From contig DATEMU010000015.1 of NCBI GenBank assembly GCA_035275405.1, forward strand, positions 737,768-801,767: DNA of 64,000 nucleotides. The letters are read 5' to 3'. Below are positions 27,362 through 43,385 of this stretch, in pieces. The notes beneath the pieces were generated by a model. That model was not told the origin of the DNA and did not search any database. It saw nothing but the letters and a program-made list of their open reading frames with translations. The position numbers were made by a program, and so were the translations under genes. Position 1 is the stretch's first letter, and each line of letters opens with the position of its first letter. The DNA is from Phycisphaerae bacterium. Lineage in GTDB: Bacteria > Planctomycetota > Phycisphaerae > UBA1845 > UTPLA1.

Positions 27362-28678
27362 ATGCCGTTCAACGACATTCGTGTCATTGCGTTCGCGCTG
27401 CTCAGTGCATCAGTCGCCGCAACGCCATCCTTCGCCGCCCCCGGCGATACCATCGCCGACGCCGTCCTCGGCCAGTTCCGCCTGGACGACAATGTCCCCA
27501 ACCAAGGCGGTCTCTCCCTGCAATTCAGTCTCAATGAGCCGTACGGCGTCGCCATTTCACCGTCCGACGGTCGCCTCTGGGTCGCCGACCGGGAGAACCA
27601 TCGCGTCCTGTCCTGGCCGGACCCGGCGTCATTCGTCAATCGCGAGGCCGCCGACATCGTCCTCGGCCAGGAGGGCTTCTTTACTAATCTGGCCAACAAG
27701 GGCATGGCCGGTCCACTGGCCGACACCTTGAACTCGCCCAAGACACTCGCCCTCGATGCGGCTGGTCGGCTTTATGTCGCCGATACCGGCAACTTCCGCA
27801 TCCTTCGCTACGACCCGCCGATCCTCTCCGCCGAAGACGCGGTGCAGGTCTTCGGCCAGCCCGACTTCGGCACGGCGCTGCAGAACTTCAACGGGCCCAG
27901 CGATGAGAGCATCGGCAGCGCGGACGGTGTAGCCGTCGATGCGATCGGCAACCTGTACCTCGCCGACGGCGCCAACCATCGCGTCCTCATCTTCAACACC
28001 CCGGCCGCGGATGACACGGTCGCTGACACGGTTCTTGGCCAGGTGAACTTCACGAACAACGACGTAAACGCCGGCCTGGGAGACCCCGGGGAGACAACTT
28101 TCAACACCCCTGTCGGCGTGGCCGTCGACGCGGCGGGCAATCTGTACGTCTGCGATCAGGGGAATAACCGCGTGCTGCTCTTCACGCCGCCGTTCGTCAA
28201 CAACGAGGAGGCCGTCAAGGTCTTCGGCCAGCCCAATTTCATCACCGAACTCCCCAACTTCGGCAGTCTGAGCGCGACCAGCCTCTTCGGTCCCATCGCC
28301 GCGGCGATCGACCCCGTGACCGACCGGCTGTACATCGCCGACACCGGCAATCATCGCATCCTGGAATATGAAGACCCGGTCGCGGGCGACACGGAGGCGG
28401 ATCGCGTCTTCGGTCAGATCATCTTTACCACCGGCGTGGCGAACAAAGGCGGCGACACGATGGCCGATACGGTGAACGGCCCGACGGGCGTTGTGTTGGA
28501 TGACGAGGGCAATTTGTATGCGGCCGACCGGCTGAACAACCGCGTCCTCCGCTACGACGCCACCGGCGGCGGCGGCCTGCCGCCCGCCTGCGGCGCCTGC
28601 GGCGCGGGATTGACGCCGCTGATGCCGTTGGCCGTGGTGGGGCTCATCGTCGCTCGAAGGATTCGGCGGCGGAGTTGA
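27362..28678 (+). CDS. secreted NHL-repeat beta-propeller protein (paralog 2) with the same C-terminal tail
   Basis: Signal [25 protein letters not shown]; NHL repeats; tail [37 protein letters not shown]. Confidence 0.75.
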   Translation: MPFNDIRVIAFALLSASVAATPSFAAPGDTIADAVLGQFRLDDNVPNQGGLSLQFSLNEPYGVAISPSDGRLWVADRENHRVLSWPDPASFVNREAADIVLGQEGFFTNLANKGMAGPLADTLNSPKTLALDAAGRLYVADTGNFRILRYDPPILSAEDAVQVFGQPDFGTALQNFNGPSDESIGSADGVAVDAIGNLYLADGANHRVLIFNTPAADDTVADTVLGQVNFTNNDVNAGLGDPGETTFNTPVGVAVDAAGNLYVCDQGNNRVLLFTPPFVNNEEAVKVFGQPNFITELPNFGSLSATSLFGPIAAAIDPVTDRLYIADTGNHRILEYEDPVAGDTEADRVFGQIIFTTGVANKGGDTMADTVNGPTGVVLDDEGNLYAADRLNNRVLRYDATGGGGLPPACGACGAGLTPLMPLAVVGLIVARRIRRRS

Positions 28679-28737
28679 GGAGTGAGTCTGGCGACGGGGC
28701 GCGCCGGGAGCAAAAGCGGGCGCAACAGAATCACGAA

Positions 28738-30603
28738 ATGAACCGAAGGTTTGAAATCATCGTTGTCGGCGGTGGCCACGCCGGGGCGGAGGCGGCCTGG
28801 GCGGCGGCGCGGATGGGCGTGCCGACGCTGATGGTCACGATGGACCGCGCGGCGATCGGGCGGATGAGCTGCAATCCGGCGATCGGCGGGATCGGCAAGG
28901 GGCAGATGGTCCGCGAGATCGACGCGCTCGGCGGGCTGATGGGTTTGGCAACAGACCGGGCGGGGATTCAGTTTCGGATGCTCAATCGCCGCAAGGGGCC
29001 GGCGGTCTGGGCGCCGCGGGCACAGTGCGATCGCGATCTTTATGCGGCGGCAGTGCGGGATCTGCTGGAAGAGTCGCCGAATCTGACGATCACGGAGGGC
29101 GTCGTTGAGACGATCGAAACTCGTAGGGTGGGCCATGCCCACCACTCCGAAGTCGAGTCGGTGCGCCTTAAGGACGGCCGAATAGTCCCCTGCTCCTGCG
29201 TTATTGTCACAACCGGCACCTTTCTCCGCGCGCTCATGCATTGCGGCGAGGCGAAGACTGAGGGAGGGCGGATCGGCGAGGGCAGCGCCGTCGGATTGAG
29301 CGCGACATTGGCGTCGCTCGGGCTGGAGCTTGGTCGCCTCAAGACCGGCACGCCTCCGCGGTTACACAAAGATTCCATTGATTATGACCGGCTGGAGATT
29401 CAGGCGGCGGATGAGGTGCCCGCGCCGTTTTCGTTCATGAACGAGCGAATCCCGCAGCGACAGATAAACTGCTGGATCACCTGGACGAATCCCGCATCGC
29501 ACGAATTGATCCGGGCGAATCTGCACCGCGCGCCGATGTACAGCGGGCAGATTACATCGACAGGCCCGCGCTATTGTCCGAGCATCGAGGACAAGGTCGT
29601 GCGTTTCGCGGACAAGGACAAGCACCAGATTTTTCTGGAGCCGGAGGGCTACGACAGCGAACGAATTTACTGCAACGGGATCAGCACGTCGCTGCCGCCG
29701 GACGTGCAGGAGCCCATGCTGCATGCCATCCCCGGTCTGGAGAAGGCCCGAGTATTGCAGTGGGGCTACGCCGTGGAGTACGACTACGTTCCGCCGCACC
29801 AGACGCAGCCGACGCTGGATACGAAGCGGATCGGTGGTCTGTACCTCGCCGGGCAGATCAACGGCACCAGCGGTTATGAGGAGGCGGCAGGGCAGGGGGT
29901 CATCGCGGGGATTAACGCCGCGTGCAGCGTGCTGGGGCGCGATCCAGTCGTGCTGGGGCGCGACCAGAGCTACATCGCCGTCATGATCGACGATCTGGTG
30001 ACAAAGGGAACGATCGAGCCCTATCGGATGTTTACGTCACGGGCGGAGTATCGGCTGCTGTTGCGGAGCGACAACGCCGACGCACGACTCACGCCGATCG
30101 GCCGGGACGTCGGTCTGGTCGATGACGCCCGGTGGCGGCGGTTTACGCAAAAGCAGGAGGCGATCCGCCGGCTCGGCGAGTGGTCGCGCACGCAGCGGCA
30201 CAATGGGCAGTCGATGGCCGAGTGGCTTGCGCGGACGGACCTGGAAGGCGAATCGACGATCGACTGGAGTCAGTGGCGCGGCGCGCTTCCGGCGGAAATG
30301 GCCGTTTACGGAGAGGCGTTGCTGGACGAATCACTGACGGCCATGCGAATCGAGGCCAAATACGGCGGCTACATTCGCCGGCAGGAGCGGGAGGTGGAGA
30401 AACACCGCCGCGCGGAATCTCGGCGCATCCCCGAGGATTTTGATTACTCGTCGATTGCTCAGCTTCGCCACGAGGCGCGCGAGAAGCTGACCCGCGTGGC
30501 CCCACGCTCGATCGGTCAGGCGCAGCGGATCAGCGGCATCAGCCCGGCGGATATCGCGGTGGTACTGCTATATTTGGAAGGCCGGCGGCGAGCGCACGAA
30601 TAA
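28738..30603 (+). CDS. mnmG: tRNA uridine 5-carboxymethylaminomethyl modification enzyme MnmG (GidA)
   Basis: [19 protein letters not shown] motif, [24 protein letters not shown], and a C-terminal MnmG domain. Confidence 0.9.
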   Translation: MNRRFEIIVVGGGHAGAEAAWAAARMGVPTLMVTMDRAAIGRMSCNPAIGGIGKGQMVREIDALGGLMGLATDRAGIQFRMLNRRKGPAVWAPRAQCDRDLYAAAVRDLLEESPNLTITEGVVETIETRRVGHAHHSEVESVRLKDGRIVPCSCVIVTTGTFLRALMHCGEAKTEGGRIGEGSAVGLSATLASLGLELGRLKTGTPPRLHKDSIDYDRLEIQAADEVPAPFSFMNERIPQRQINCWITWTNPASHELIRANLHRAPMYSGQITSTGPRYCPSIEDKVVRFADKDKHQIFLEPEGYDSERIYCNGISTSLPPDVQEPMLHAIPGLEKARVLQWGYAVEYDYVPPHQTQPTLDTKRIGGLYLAGQINGTSGYEEAAGQGVIAGINAACSVLGRDPVVLGRDQSYIAVMIDDLVTKGTIEPYRMFTSRAEYRLLLRSDNADARLTPIGRDVGLVDDARWRRFTQKQEAIRRLGEWSRTQRHNGQSMAEWLARTDLEGESTIDWSQWRGALPAEMAVYGEALLDESLTAMRIEAKYGGYIRRQEREVEKHRRAESRRIPEDFDYSSIAQLRHEAREKLTRVAPRSIGQAQRISGISPADIAVVLLYLEGRRRAHE

Positions 30604-31014
30604 TCACGATTCGCCGTTTCCTGCCCGATTCAACACTTCCCAATCCGGTTCCGTCCACGACAGCACTCGACCGTCTGACGGATCGAACTTCACCATGCCT
30701 TCGACGGCCTGGCCTTTGTCGGAAACGGTTTCATAGACATACGCCCACTGTTCGGAATTCTCCGTCCGTTGCAGGCGGAGCGGCTCGCCGAGCGTGTGCC
30801 GAACGTCCTTGCGCGTCATTCGCGTCGTCAATTTGCGCCATTGCGCCAGGAGCGGCGTCAGCCGCGTGGCGGAACAAAGGAGCACCTCGTCGGCCGCGTT
30901 CGGCCCGCCACTCGGCGGCAACGATTGCCCGCATCGGGCACAAAATCTTGCCGCCGCCGCACTCTCCAGGCCGCAGGAGCCGCATCGCGTCAGGGGTTGT
31001 ACGTCAGTTCTCAT
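30604..31014 (-). CDS. zinc-ribbon domain protein
   Basis: CGSCG...CARCG ribbon; coupled (4-nt overlap) to the upstream flotillin gene. Confidence 0.45.
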   Translation of the reverse strand: MRTDVQPLTRCGSCGLESAAAARFCARCGQSLPPSGGPNAADEVLLCSATRLTPLLAQWRKLTTRMTRKDVRHTLGEPLRLQRTENSEQWAYVYETVSDKGQAVEGMVKFDPSDGRVLSWTEPDWEVLNRAGNGES

Positions 31015-32990
31015 GACTTTCGCTCTACCAGAGCGCCACGAATCTCTTCGCGGATTCGCAGCGCTTCGGGGTTGGCCTTCTGTTCCTTCAAGATACCATC
31101 CCCGTTGCTCAACCGTTCGGACAGCATCATTCCGAGCAGCGCTTCCAACGCATTGCCGGTCCCGCCGCCGTTTTGGCCGCCCATCATGATCTTCGGCACG
31201 AGGTCGATCTTCGACTGTTGCACGGCCTCGGCGAAACGGGACATTACTTCCTTGGTCAACTGGAACTGCGGGCCGCCGTACGCGCGGACCTGTTCCTCGA
31301 TGGCGATCGCCGTGGCGATGCCGATGCGGGCAGCCTTCTCGGCCTCCGCCTCAGCCAGGGCGCGAATCTGGGCCGCCTGTTGCAGCGACCGCTGGTAGTC
31401 GGCCTTACCCTGGTTGCTCTGCACGGTGATGGAGACCTCGCTTTCGGTCAGGTTCTGCTGCTGCTTGGCACGGGCCTCGGCCTCGCGCAGTTCGCGCTCC
31501 TTGACCGCAGCTTTTTCCTGGCGGGCATACGTCTCGATTTGCTCTTCGGCGATCTGCCGCGTGCGAAGCTGCGTAAGAATGTTCTCGATCTTGTTGTCGC
31601 CTTCGGAGGAACCGGGCGTTCCGATCAAGACTTCTTCCAGTTCGAGATTGTAATGGGCAAATTTCTCGGCCATTTCCTCGCCGGCGAGTTTTTGGATCAT
31701 CGCGCGGTCCTGGATGAGCTGGATGATCGTCCGCGTCTGGGCCGTGTTCTTGAAATAGGCGGAGACCATCGGGTCGAGGGTCTGCTCGACGAGGCGCTTG
31801 ACGTCCCCGAAGCGCTGAATGACGAGCGGCGCCTTGCGATAGTCGATGTGCACGACGACAGACAGCGGCAGCGTCGGCTCGAATGCGTCCTTGGTGATGA
31901 GCGACACTTCGGTAAGGTTTTCATCGTACTTGTGCATCCCGCTTTCGTTGCGAATCCATTTCAGGATGAAATTCGTCGTCGGGACCATGATGATCTTGCC
32001 GGCACAGGTGTTGAAGGCGTACTTGCCGGGCAGGAGGGCGACGTTCCATACGCCGCGCTGGCCCTGTTTGACCAGTTCGCCGTGCTTGTACTCAGTACCA
32101 GAGAGGTCCGCGCCGATCTCGCCGGTGTAGGACACGACGACGCCGACCTGCCCGACCTCGACGACCGTCTTGGGAATCATCTCGATCGTCGCGAAGAGGC
32201 GGTTGAGGTAGTAGGTACCTTCGACCAGCACCTGAAGTTGCCGGCCGCGGCGGCCGCCCGCCCGAAGAAACCGTTCGGGGTCCTGAAAGCTATTGTGGAA
32301 GAGGTCTTTGTTCGCCGGGTCGCCTCCGACGATCGGAGCGATGATCTCTCCGTCGGCCAATCCGGGGCCGTCGTGAATCGTCACGATGCCCAAGAGGTCG
32401 TCGGAGCCCTTGATGACCAGGGGTTCAAAGCCGTCACGCTCGTCGATCAGCTCCGCCATTCGTTTGAATTTGATATCGTCGTCGTCCTCCAAGGGGAGGT
32501 AATAGACCTGTTCCTCGGTGATGACGACGAATTGGGCGAGGTTAATGGCGTAGGTTCCTTCGCGGAGGATCTTGCGCTGGGGTCCGCGTTGGCCGCCGTT
32601 CGTCAGGAAATGACGCACGTCCTCGAAAGTGCTCGCCTCCATGTTTGAGGCCAGGGCCTGCATCGGCTGCAATGCGGTGCCGTCGCGGGCGAAGACGTAG
32701 CCGACCTTTCCCTGCGGAATTGTTACGAGCGGAATGCTGTGGACCTTGAATTGCAGGGGCGTCAGAACGTGCAGACCGCCGCGCAGGACGTCCGGCTGAA
32801 AGCCCGCCTCGCCGTGGAGGGCGATCAAGCCGTGGGGCACGGAGCCCTTGCGGCTCCAGCGCTTCTCGACGATGCCGACACGCTTATTGGGGATGTAGCG
32901 AATGCCGGCCAGGATCAGGATGACAAATGCCGCGATCGCGGCGGCGATGACGTAGCCCATCAACGATACTGATGCAATTGATGTAAACAT
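31011..32990 (-). CDS. flotillin-like SPFH/band-7 family protein
   Basis: N-terminal TM followed by an SPFH domain and a long coiled-coil Ala/Glu-rich region (AEARAKQQQNL...IRALAEAEAEKAARIG), typical of YqiK/FloT. Confidence 0.8.
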   Translation of the reverse strand: MFTSIASVSLMGYVIAAAIAAFVILILAGIRYIPNKRVGIVEKRWSRKGSVPHGLIALHGEAGFQPDVLRGGLHVLTPLQFKVHSIPLVTIPQGKVGYVFARDGTALQPMQALASNMEASTFEDVRHFLTNGGQRGPQRKILREGTYAINLAQFVVITEEQVYYLPLEDDDDIKFKRMAELIDERDGFEPLVIKGSDDLLGIVTIHDGPGLADGEIIAPIVGGDPANKDLFHNSFQDPERFLRAGGRRGRQLQVLVEGTYYLNRLFATIEMIPKTVVEVGQVGVVVSYTGEIGADLSGTEYKHGELVKQGQRGVWNVALLPGKYAFNTCAGKIIMVPTTNFILKWIRNESGMHKYDENLTEVSLITKDAFEPTLPLSVVVHIDYRKAPLVIQRFGDVKRLVEQTLDPMVSAYFKNTAQTRTIIQLIQDRAMIQKLAGEEMAEKFAHYNLELEEVLIGTPGSSEGDNKIENILTQLRTRQIAEEQIETYARQEKAAVKERELREAEARAKQQQNLTESEVSITVQSNQGKADYQRSLQQAAQIRALAEAEAEKAARIGIATAIAIEEQVRAYGGPQFQLTKEVMSRFAEAVQQSKIDLVPKIMMGGQNGGGTGNALEALLGMMLSERLSNGDGILKEQKANPEALRIREEIRGALVERKS

Positions 32991-33410
32991 GTTTTGACCT
33001 CCCGTTATTCGGTTACTCTATGGCAAGTCGCGCGATCCGGCGATGGGATCGAGCGCGGTCTTCTTACGGAATGCCGCTCTCTTGCACAGAAAATATTCCG
33101 GCTGTGCAGATTGTTTGCTGTTAAGGAGGAGACATTGACGGCTCCAGCGTACGCCTACGGGGTTAGCTGACGGGCTCGCGAGCGCTGAATCCGCGTCCAC
33201 CGAATCCGGTGAATTCGCCCCTGCGACATCGCAACAAAGCGACGGCGCGTTTGGTTCCCCCGCTGCTGCCCATCAACCGGGCAACACTCGGCAGATTCAA
33301 ATATACCACAGGAACGAACGGCGGCAATTATAAAGAGAATCCGTTGCTATAAGGCTGTTCAGTCGAGGGTTAGGACGGCGACTGTTCTCTTGCACAGTTT
33401 TTGCGTGTTG

Positions 33411-34844
33411 TCAGGCACTGGCGGGACCGGCCGACGCGCCGGGCTCGGTCATCGCCCGCGGGTTGAGGAGTTTGTCGAGGTCGCCGGCGGGGAGCACCTT
33501 TTCATCCAGCGCGATCTGCCGCACGGTCTTGCCCGTCTCGTACGCCTTCTTCGCCAGGGCCGCCGCCTTATCGTAGCCGATGACCGGGGCAAGCGACGTA
33601 CACATCGCCAGGCTTTGCTCCACGAGGGCCTCGGCCCGTTCGACGTCGGCCTCGATGCCCGCGACGCAGCGGTCGGCGAAGACCCGCGCGGCGTTGGAGA
33701 GGATCCGCGTCGCTTCGAGGAAGTGGTGGATCATGACGGGCATGCCGACGTGGAGGTCGAAGTTGCCGAGCAGGACGGCGGCCTGATTGATCGTCGCGTC
33801 CGCGCCGATAGCGTGCGCGGCCGACTGCATGACCATCTCGCACATGACAGGATTCACCTTGCCCGGCATGATGGAGCTGCCGGGCTGGGTAGCGGGGAGC
33901 CTGACCTCGCCGATGCCGCAGCGCGGTCCGGAGCCGAGGTGGCGAATGTCGTTGGCGACCTTGATGAGGCTGACGGCGATCGTGCGGAGGAAGCCCGAGG
34001 CCTCGACGAAGCCATCCTTGGCATGCTGGGCCTCGAAGTGGTTGGCGGCCTCGACGAACTCGATTCCGGTCTTCCTGGAGAGCAGGGCAGCGACCTCGCG
34101 GCCGAAGTCTTTGTGCGTGTTGATGCCGGTGCCGACGGCCGTGCCGCCGATGGCGAGTTCGCGGAGGGCGGCGATCGCCTTTTTGGCGCGCTGTGCTGAC
34201 TGGCGCATCTGCGCCGCGTAGCCGGAGAACTCCTGACCGAGGCGGATCGGCGTCGCGTCCTGCAAGTGCGTTCGGCCGATCTTGACGATCTTGTCGAAGG
34301 CCCTGGTCTTTTCTTCGAGCTTACCCGCCAAGTGTTCGAGCGCGGGGATCAATTCTTCCTTGAGGGCCATCGCCGCCGAGACGTGCATCGCCGTGGGGAT
34401 CACATCGTTGGAGCTTTGCGACTGATTGACGTGGTCGTTGGGATGGATCAATTCCTTTGAGCCGATCTGACCGCCGGCGATCTGGGCCGCGCGGTTGGCG
34501 ATCACTTCGTTGGCGTTCATGTTTGTGGAGGTGCCCGAGCCGGTCTGGAAGACGTCGACGACGAAGTGCTCGTCGAGCTTGCCGTCGATGACTTCCGCCG
34601 CCGCCCTGGCGATCAGGTCGGTCTTATCCTTCGGGACGGCGCCGAGCCTGGCGTTGACCTCGGCGGCGCAGAGTTTGATCAGCCCCATCGCCTTGATGAA
34701 GCGGCGGCCGAGGCGGTAGCCGGAGATGGGGAAGTTCTCGACTGCCCGCTGCGTGGAGGCGCCCCAGAGGGCATGCGCGGGCACGGTCATCGGTCCCATG
34801 GAGTCTTTTTCGATGCGAGTCTCTTGTGGCATGTTAAGTCCCAT
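33411..34844 (-). CDS. fumC: class II fumarate hydratase (aspartase/fumarase family)
   Basis: GSSIMPGKVNP signature, TGSGTSTNMN, SSNDVIPTAMHV, and a FumC-like C-terminus YDKAAALAKKAYETGKTV. Confidence 0.75.
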   Translation of the reverse strand: MGLNMPQETRIEKDSMGPMTVPAHALWGASTQRAVENFPISGYRLGRRFIKAMGLIKLCAAEVNARLGAVPKDKTDLIARAAAEVIDGKLDEHFVVDVFQTGSGTSTNMNANEVIANRAAQIAGGQIGSKELIHPNDHVNQSQSSNDVIPTAMHVSAAMALKEELIPALEHLAGKLEEKTRAFDKIVKIGRTHLQDATPIRLGQEFSGYAAQMRQSAQRAKKAIAALRELAIGGTAVGTGINTHKDFGREVAALLSRKTGIEFVEAANHFEAQHAKDGFVEASGFLRTIAVSLIKVANDIRHLGSGPRCGIGEVRLPATQPGSSIMPGKVNPVMCEMVMQSAAHAIGADATINQAAVLLGNFDLHVGMPVMIHHFLEATRILSNAARVFADRCVAGIEADVERAEALVEQSLAMCTSLAPVIGYDKAAALAKKAYETGKTVRQIALDEKVLPAGDLDKLLNPRAMTEPGASAGPASA

Positions 34845-34865
34845 ATGCGTTGTCTCGCTTTGCCG

Positions 34866-35213
34866 TCACAAGCCAAGTGTCGCGCGGAGGGCCCCGTCAA
34901 TGACCTTCATATCGTCTATTCGTCCAATTGCGCGGTCGATTTCACTGTTGAGCACGGTCGCAAGATTGTCGGCAACGATGACCGAGTCGGTAAGCAATCC
35001 GGCCTGCCGCCCGATTGGCGATCCCATTTGAACCACAATTCTACTCGGAGGGCCGGCGCGGTGCAGGTTGCTGGTGATCATTGCGACGATTGTTTGGGGA
35101 AGTCCCGTATGCAGTTGATCGGATTGAACGATCAGGGCAGGTCGGCGCTTGACTGTGCGGAGATTGGAGTCAGGAAACAAGACCAAGACGACTTCGCCGC
35201 GGCTATAAGGCAT
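34866..35213 (-). CDS. MazF/PemK-family type II toxin (endoribonuclease)
   Basis: MazF/PemK-like sequence (PYSRGEVVLVLFPDS...KRRPALIVQSD...IVAMITSN); start likely at the internal MPYSRGE. Confidence 0.65.
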   Translation of the reverse strand: MPYSRGEVVLVLFPDSNLRTVKRRPALIVQSDQLHTGLPQTIVAMITSNLHRAGPPSRIVVQMGSPIGRQAGLLTDSVIVADNLATVLNSEIDRAIGRIDDMKVIDGALRATLGL

Positions 35214-35433
35214 CGTAGACGTCCATGTCCCCCCGGTCCCAATCGTCGACGAAGGCACCAAGCCGCCGGCGCAGATCGGCGGCCTGTTCCGGTGTCAATC
35301 CACGGGACGCCAACTCCGCCGATTTGCCATTCTCCGGGAAGCTCACGACCACGGGCGTTTCCGCCGTGGTGGGGGCCGGCTCCAGCAACTCGACCTTGCC
35401 GTTGCGATAGACTCCAGGAACTAGTCGATCCAT
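35203..35433 (-). CDS. putative antitoxin (VYxNGxVELLEP-type)
   Basis: 76-aa ORF upstream of and overlapping the toxin start; N-terminal GVYRNGKVELLEPAP resembles antitoxin families that pair with PIN/MazF toxins. Confidence 0.5.
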   Translation of the reverse strand: MDRLVPGVYRNGKVELLEPAPTTAETPVVVSFPENGKSAELASRGLTPEQAADLRRRLGAFVDDWDRGDMDVYDAL

Positions 35434-35522
35434 CTCGTGAATCCTCTTGAGGGACGCCGAATCGTCCTCGTGACCTTCTCTCTATTATAACAGCGGAGGG
35501 ACGCTGACGGCCACCACAGTTG

Positions 35523-40673
<5,151 letters not shown>

Positions 40674-40678
40674 CGGCG

Positions 40679-41242
40679 TCAGATTCCAGCGTCTCGTTTG
40701 AGTAACTCCAAGTCCTTGCGTAAGCCAAGCTGGTCGGCCCATTGATGCAAATATGGCCAATCGAGGCGCACGTTCTGAAACCGCACAACTGCCAGCGCGT
40801 TGTCCCACTGCTTCTGCGATTCCGTCTCCATCCTCCAAAGGAGCTTCATCAAGATCGCGTCCTCCGGCGAGACGGTCCAAAAAGCCTTGTTTTCTCCGTA
40901 TGTGATTTTTTTCCGCCGGGCAAGAACACCTCCGAGATAACCGCCGGGCGGCAGAAATGACAGATCGATCTTAAGGCCCGTCTTGTTGTCGACCAGATTA
41001 ATCATGGAATGCTCTGCCGCCGCCGCGCGAACGGCAACGTCATCCCGATAGTACCGAGGCGGAAGCAAGTTCAGAAAACGATCGAGCACGACAGGCGATA
41101 CTTGCAAACATAAATCAACATCCCAGCTTGCGTACGGTTCTGAATAAACAGCGCTTGCCACCGAACCCGTGATTGCATACGTAGCATTCGCCTGCTCAAG
41201 CAGATCGCACACGGACTCAATCAATTCGAAAAGCTCACTCAT
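40679..41242 (-). CDS. minimal nucleotidyltransferase (MNT)-fold protein inserted between the uvrA halves
   Basis: GS-x12-DxD pattern (ITGSVASAVYSEPYASWDVDLCL); ATGA overlap with the upstream 73-aa ORF. Confidence 0.45.
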   Translation of the reverse strand: MSELFELIESVCDLLEQANATYAITGSVASAVYSEPYASWDVDLCLQVSPVVLDRFLNLLPPRYYRDDVAVRAAAAEHSMINLVDNKTGLKIDLSFLPPGGYLGGVLARRKKITYGENKAFWTVSPEDAILMKLLWRMETESQKQWDNALAVVRFQNVRLDWPYLHQWADQLGLRKDLELLKRDAGI

Positions 41243-41460
41243 TGAATCTCGCCTCGATTGGCCCTTTGGGCTGCAATGATGAAATCCGTGAGCTGGCCCA
41301 CTCGCTCCAGGCGGATTCGCACGCTCGTTGCCTTCGCCATGTCCCGCTGCACTCGACGGTCCCGTTGTGCCGGACTCTCGTTCTGCAGGAGATCGCTCGT
41401 CATTCGATCCAGGCGAGCTAGACGATCCGAGATACCCTGTTCAACAGTGGATGCGTTCAT
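41239..41460 (-). CDS. hypothetical 73-aa protein (possible partner/antitoxin of the MNT protein)
   Basis: 4-nt overlaps with both the uvrA N-half stop and the MNT start; Arg-rich and helical. Confidence 0.35.
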   Translation of the reverse strand: MNASTVEQGISDRLARLDRMTSDLLQNESPAQRDRRVQRDMAKATSVRIRLERVGQLTDFIIAAQRANRGEIQ

Positions 41461-43385
41461 TTTCGATTCCGGTTTCGCTCGTTGGTCCTCGAAATCGGCC
41501 GACGTTGCTTTGGTATCTCAATGGACTTGTGGCCTGCAAGGTACTGTCCAGTGAGTGACGCTTGGGACTTCATAATATCCGCGAAATCGCCTGCGGCGAC
41601 GATCTCCCCGCCGCGGACGCCGGGGCCGGGGCCGAAGTCGACGATGTGGTCCGCGGCGCGCATGGTCGCCTCGTCGTGCTCGACGACGATGACGGTGTTG
41701 CCCATGTCGCGGAGGGCCAGGAGGCTTTCCAGGAGCTTTTCGTTGTCGCGGGCGTGCAGGCCAATGGACGGCTCGTCCAAAACGTAAAGGACACCCACGA
41801 GGCCGGCGCCGATCTGGCCGGCGAGGCGGATGCGCTGCAACTCGCCGCCGGAGAGCGTGGGGGCGGTGCGGTCGAGCGTCAGGTATTCCAGGCCGACCTT
41901 GAGAAGGAAATCGATTCGCGTCCGCAGTTCCTTCAGCACTTCCTCGGCGACGATCTGCTGAACGGGTGTCAGTTTCAATTTCGCCAGCGTCGTTTGGGCG
42001 TCGGCGATGGACATCGCGCAGAGTTCGCAGATGTTCGGGCCAGGCGCGCGGCCATCCACCGGCAAGCGCACGCCCAGTGCCGCCGGGTTCAATCTTGCAC
42101 CGCGGCACTCTGGGCAATCGCCCCGGCGCATGAACTTCTCGTAATACTCGCGGACGAAGTTCGCCTTCGCCTTGCGATATTTGTCGCGCAATTCCTCGAT
42201 GACGCCCGCGAACGGCCCCCCGTGCTTCCACACGCCGCCGGACCAGCGCCATTCGTACGTGATGTGGCGGTCGCCGGTGCCGTACAAGAGCGCCGCCCGC
42301 GCTTTTTCCGGGAGTTCTTTCCATGGCTTGCGGATGTCGAAGCCGACGGTGCGGGCCACGGCGTCATAGATGTGCCGCCTCCAGCGACCGACCTTGGTCC
42401 GCATCGGTGCGACGCACGGCGCGTAGAACGGCAGTGACGGGTCGGGGATGAGCAGGTCGGGGTCGAAGTCCATCAACTCGCCCAGACCGTCGCATTTCAG
42501 GCACATGCCCTGGGGCGAGTTGAAAGAGAAGAGCTGCGGCGTCGGCGGTTCGAAGGAGATCGAGCAATTCGTGCAGGCGTATTTCGAGGAGAAGACTTTT
42601 TCGCCCGCGGTTCGCTTCCTCGGCTCACCGCTCAGGTCCGGCGAGATGATCAGTGTGCCCTCGCCTACGCGAAGTGCGCCTTCGACCGCTTCCGCCAGCC
42701 GTGAACGCACATTGGGGTCGACGATGAGCCGATCGATCACCACCTCGATGTCGTGCCGCTGGTTTTTGACAAGGGCGAGGTCCTGCCGGAGTTCGACGAT
42801 TTCGCCGTCCACGCGGGCGCGCACATATCCGGCGCGCATGAGATCGTCGAAGAGGTCGCGGAACTCGCCTTTCTGCCCGCGCGCGACGGGGGCGAGGACC
42901 AAAACTCGAGAGCCACTCGGCGCTCCCTTACGGTTGCGGCTCTGAGCGACGAACGCGGCGAGGATACCCGCGACGATTTGCTCGCGGGACTGCGCCGAGA
43001 TCGGCCGGCCGCACTTTGTACAATGCTGGGTACCAATCCGCGCGTAGAGCACGCGCAAAAAATCGTAGATCGCCGTGACCGTGCCGACGGTCGAGCGGGG
43101 GTTCCAGCCGGTCGATTTCTGCTCGATGGCGATGGAGGGGGAGAGCCCCGTGATCATGTCGCAATCGGGCTTTTCGAGCTGGCCCATGAACTGCCGCGCG
43201 TAAGACGAGAGCGATTCGATGTAGCGGCGCTGCCCCTCGGCGTAGAGCGTGTCGAAGGCCAGCGAACTCTTGCCGCTGCCGGAGACGCCGGTGAAGACGA
43301 TCAGCTTGTTCCTCGGCAGCGAGAGCGAGACCGAACGCAGGTTGTGAGCCCGCGCCCCCTTGATTTCGATTGTCGTGGGTTCCAT
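41457..43385 (-). CDS. uvrA: UvrA N-terminal half (ABC module I with UvrB-binding and insertion domains), stand-alone gene
   Basis: [66 protein letters not shown]...[34 protein letters not shown]...SLTGQYLAG, then a stop. Confidence 0.85.
   Translation of the reverse strand: MEPTTIEIKGARAHNLRSVSLSLPRNKLIVFTGVSGSGKSSLAFDTLYAEGQRRYIESLSSYARQFMGQLEKPDCDMITGLSPSIAIEQKSTGWNPRSTVGTVTAIYDFLRVLYARIGTQHCTKCGRPISAQSREQIVAGILAAFVAQSRNRKGAPSGSRVLVLAPVARGQKGEFRDLFDDLMRAGYVRARVDGEIVELRQDLALVKNQRHDIEVVIDRLIVDPNVRSRLAEAVEGALRVGEGTLIISPDLSGEPRKRTAGEKVFSSKYACTNCSISFEPPTPQLFSFNSPQGMCLKCDGLGELMDFDPDLLIPDPSLPFYAPCVAPMRTKVGRWRRHIYDAVARTVGFDIRKPWKELPEKARAALLYGTGDRHITYEWRWSGGVWKHGGPFAGVIEELRDKYRKAKANFVREYYEKFMRRGDCPECRGARLNPAALGVRLPVDGRAPGPNICELCAMSIADAQTTLAKLKLTPVQQIVAEEVLKELRTRIDFLLKVGLEYLTLDRTAPTLSGGELQRIRLAGQIGAGLVGVLYVLDEPSIGLHARDNEKLLESLLALRDMGNTVIVVEHDEATMRAADHIVDFGPGPGVRGGEIVAAGDFADIMKSQASLTGQYLAGHKSIEIPKQRRPISRTNERNRNRK

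Noticed and set aside
31173-32648. 491-aa plus-strand ORF
   Set aside because: Antisense to the flotillin gene. It is a shadow ORF.
33390-34199. 269-aa plus-strand ORF
   Set aside because: Antisense to fumC. It is a shadow ORF.
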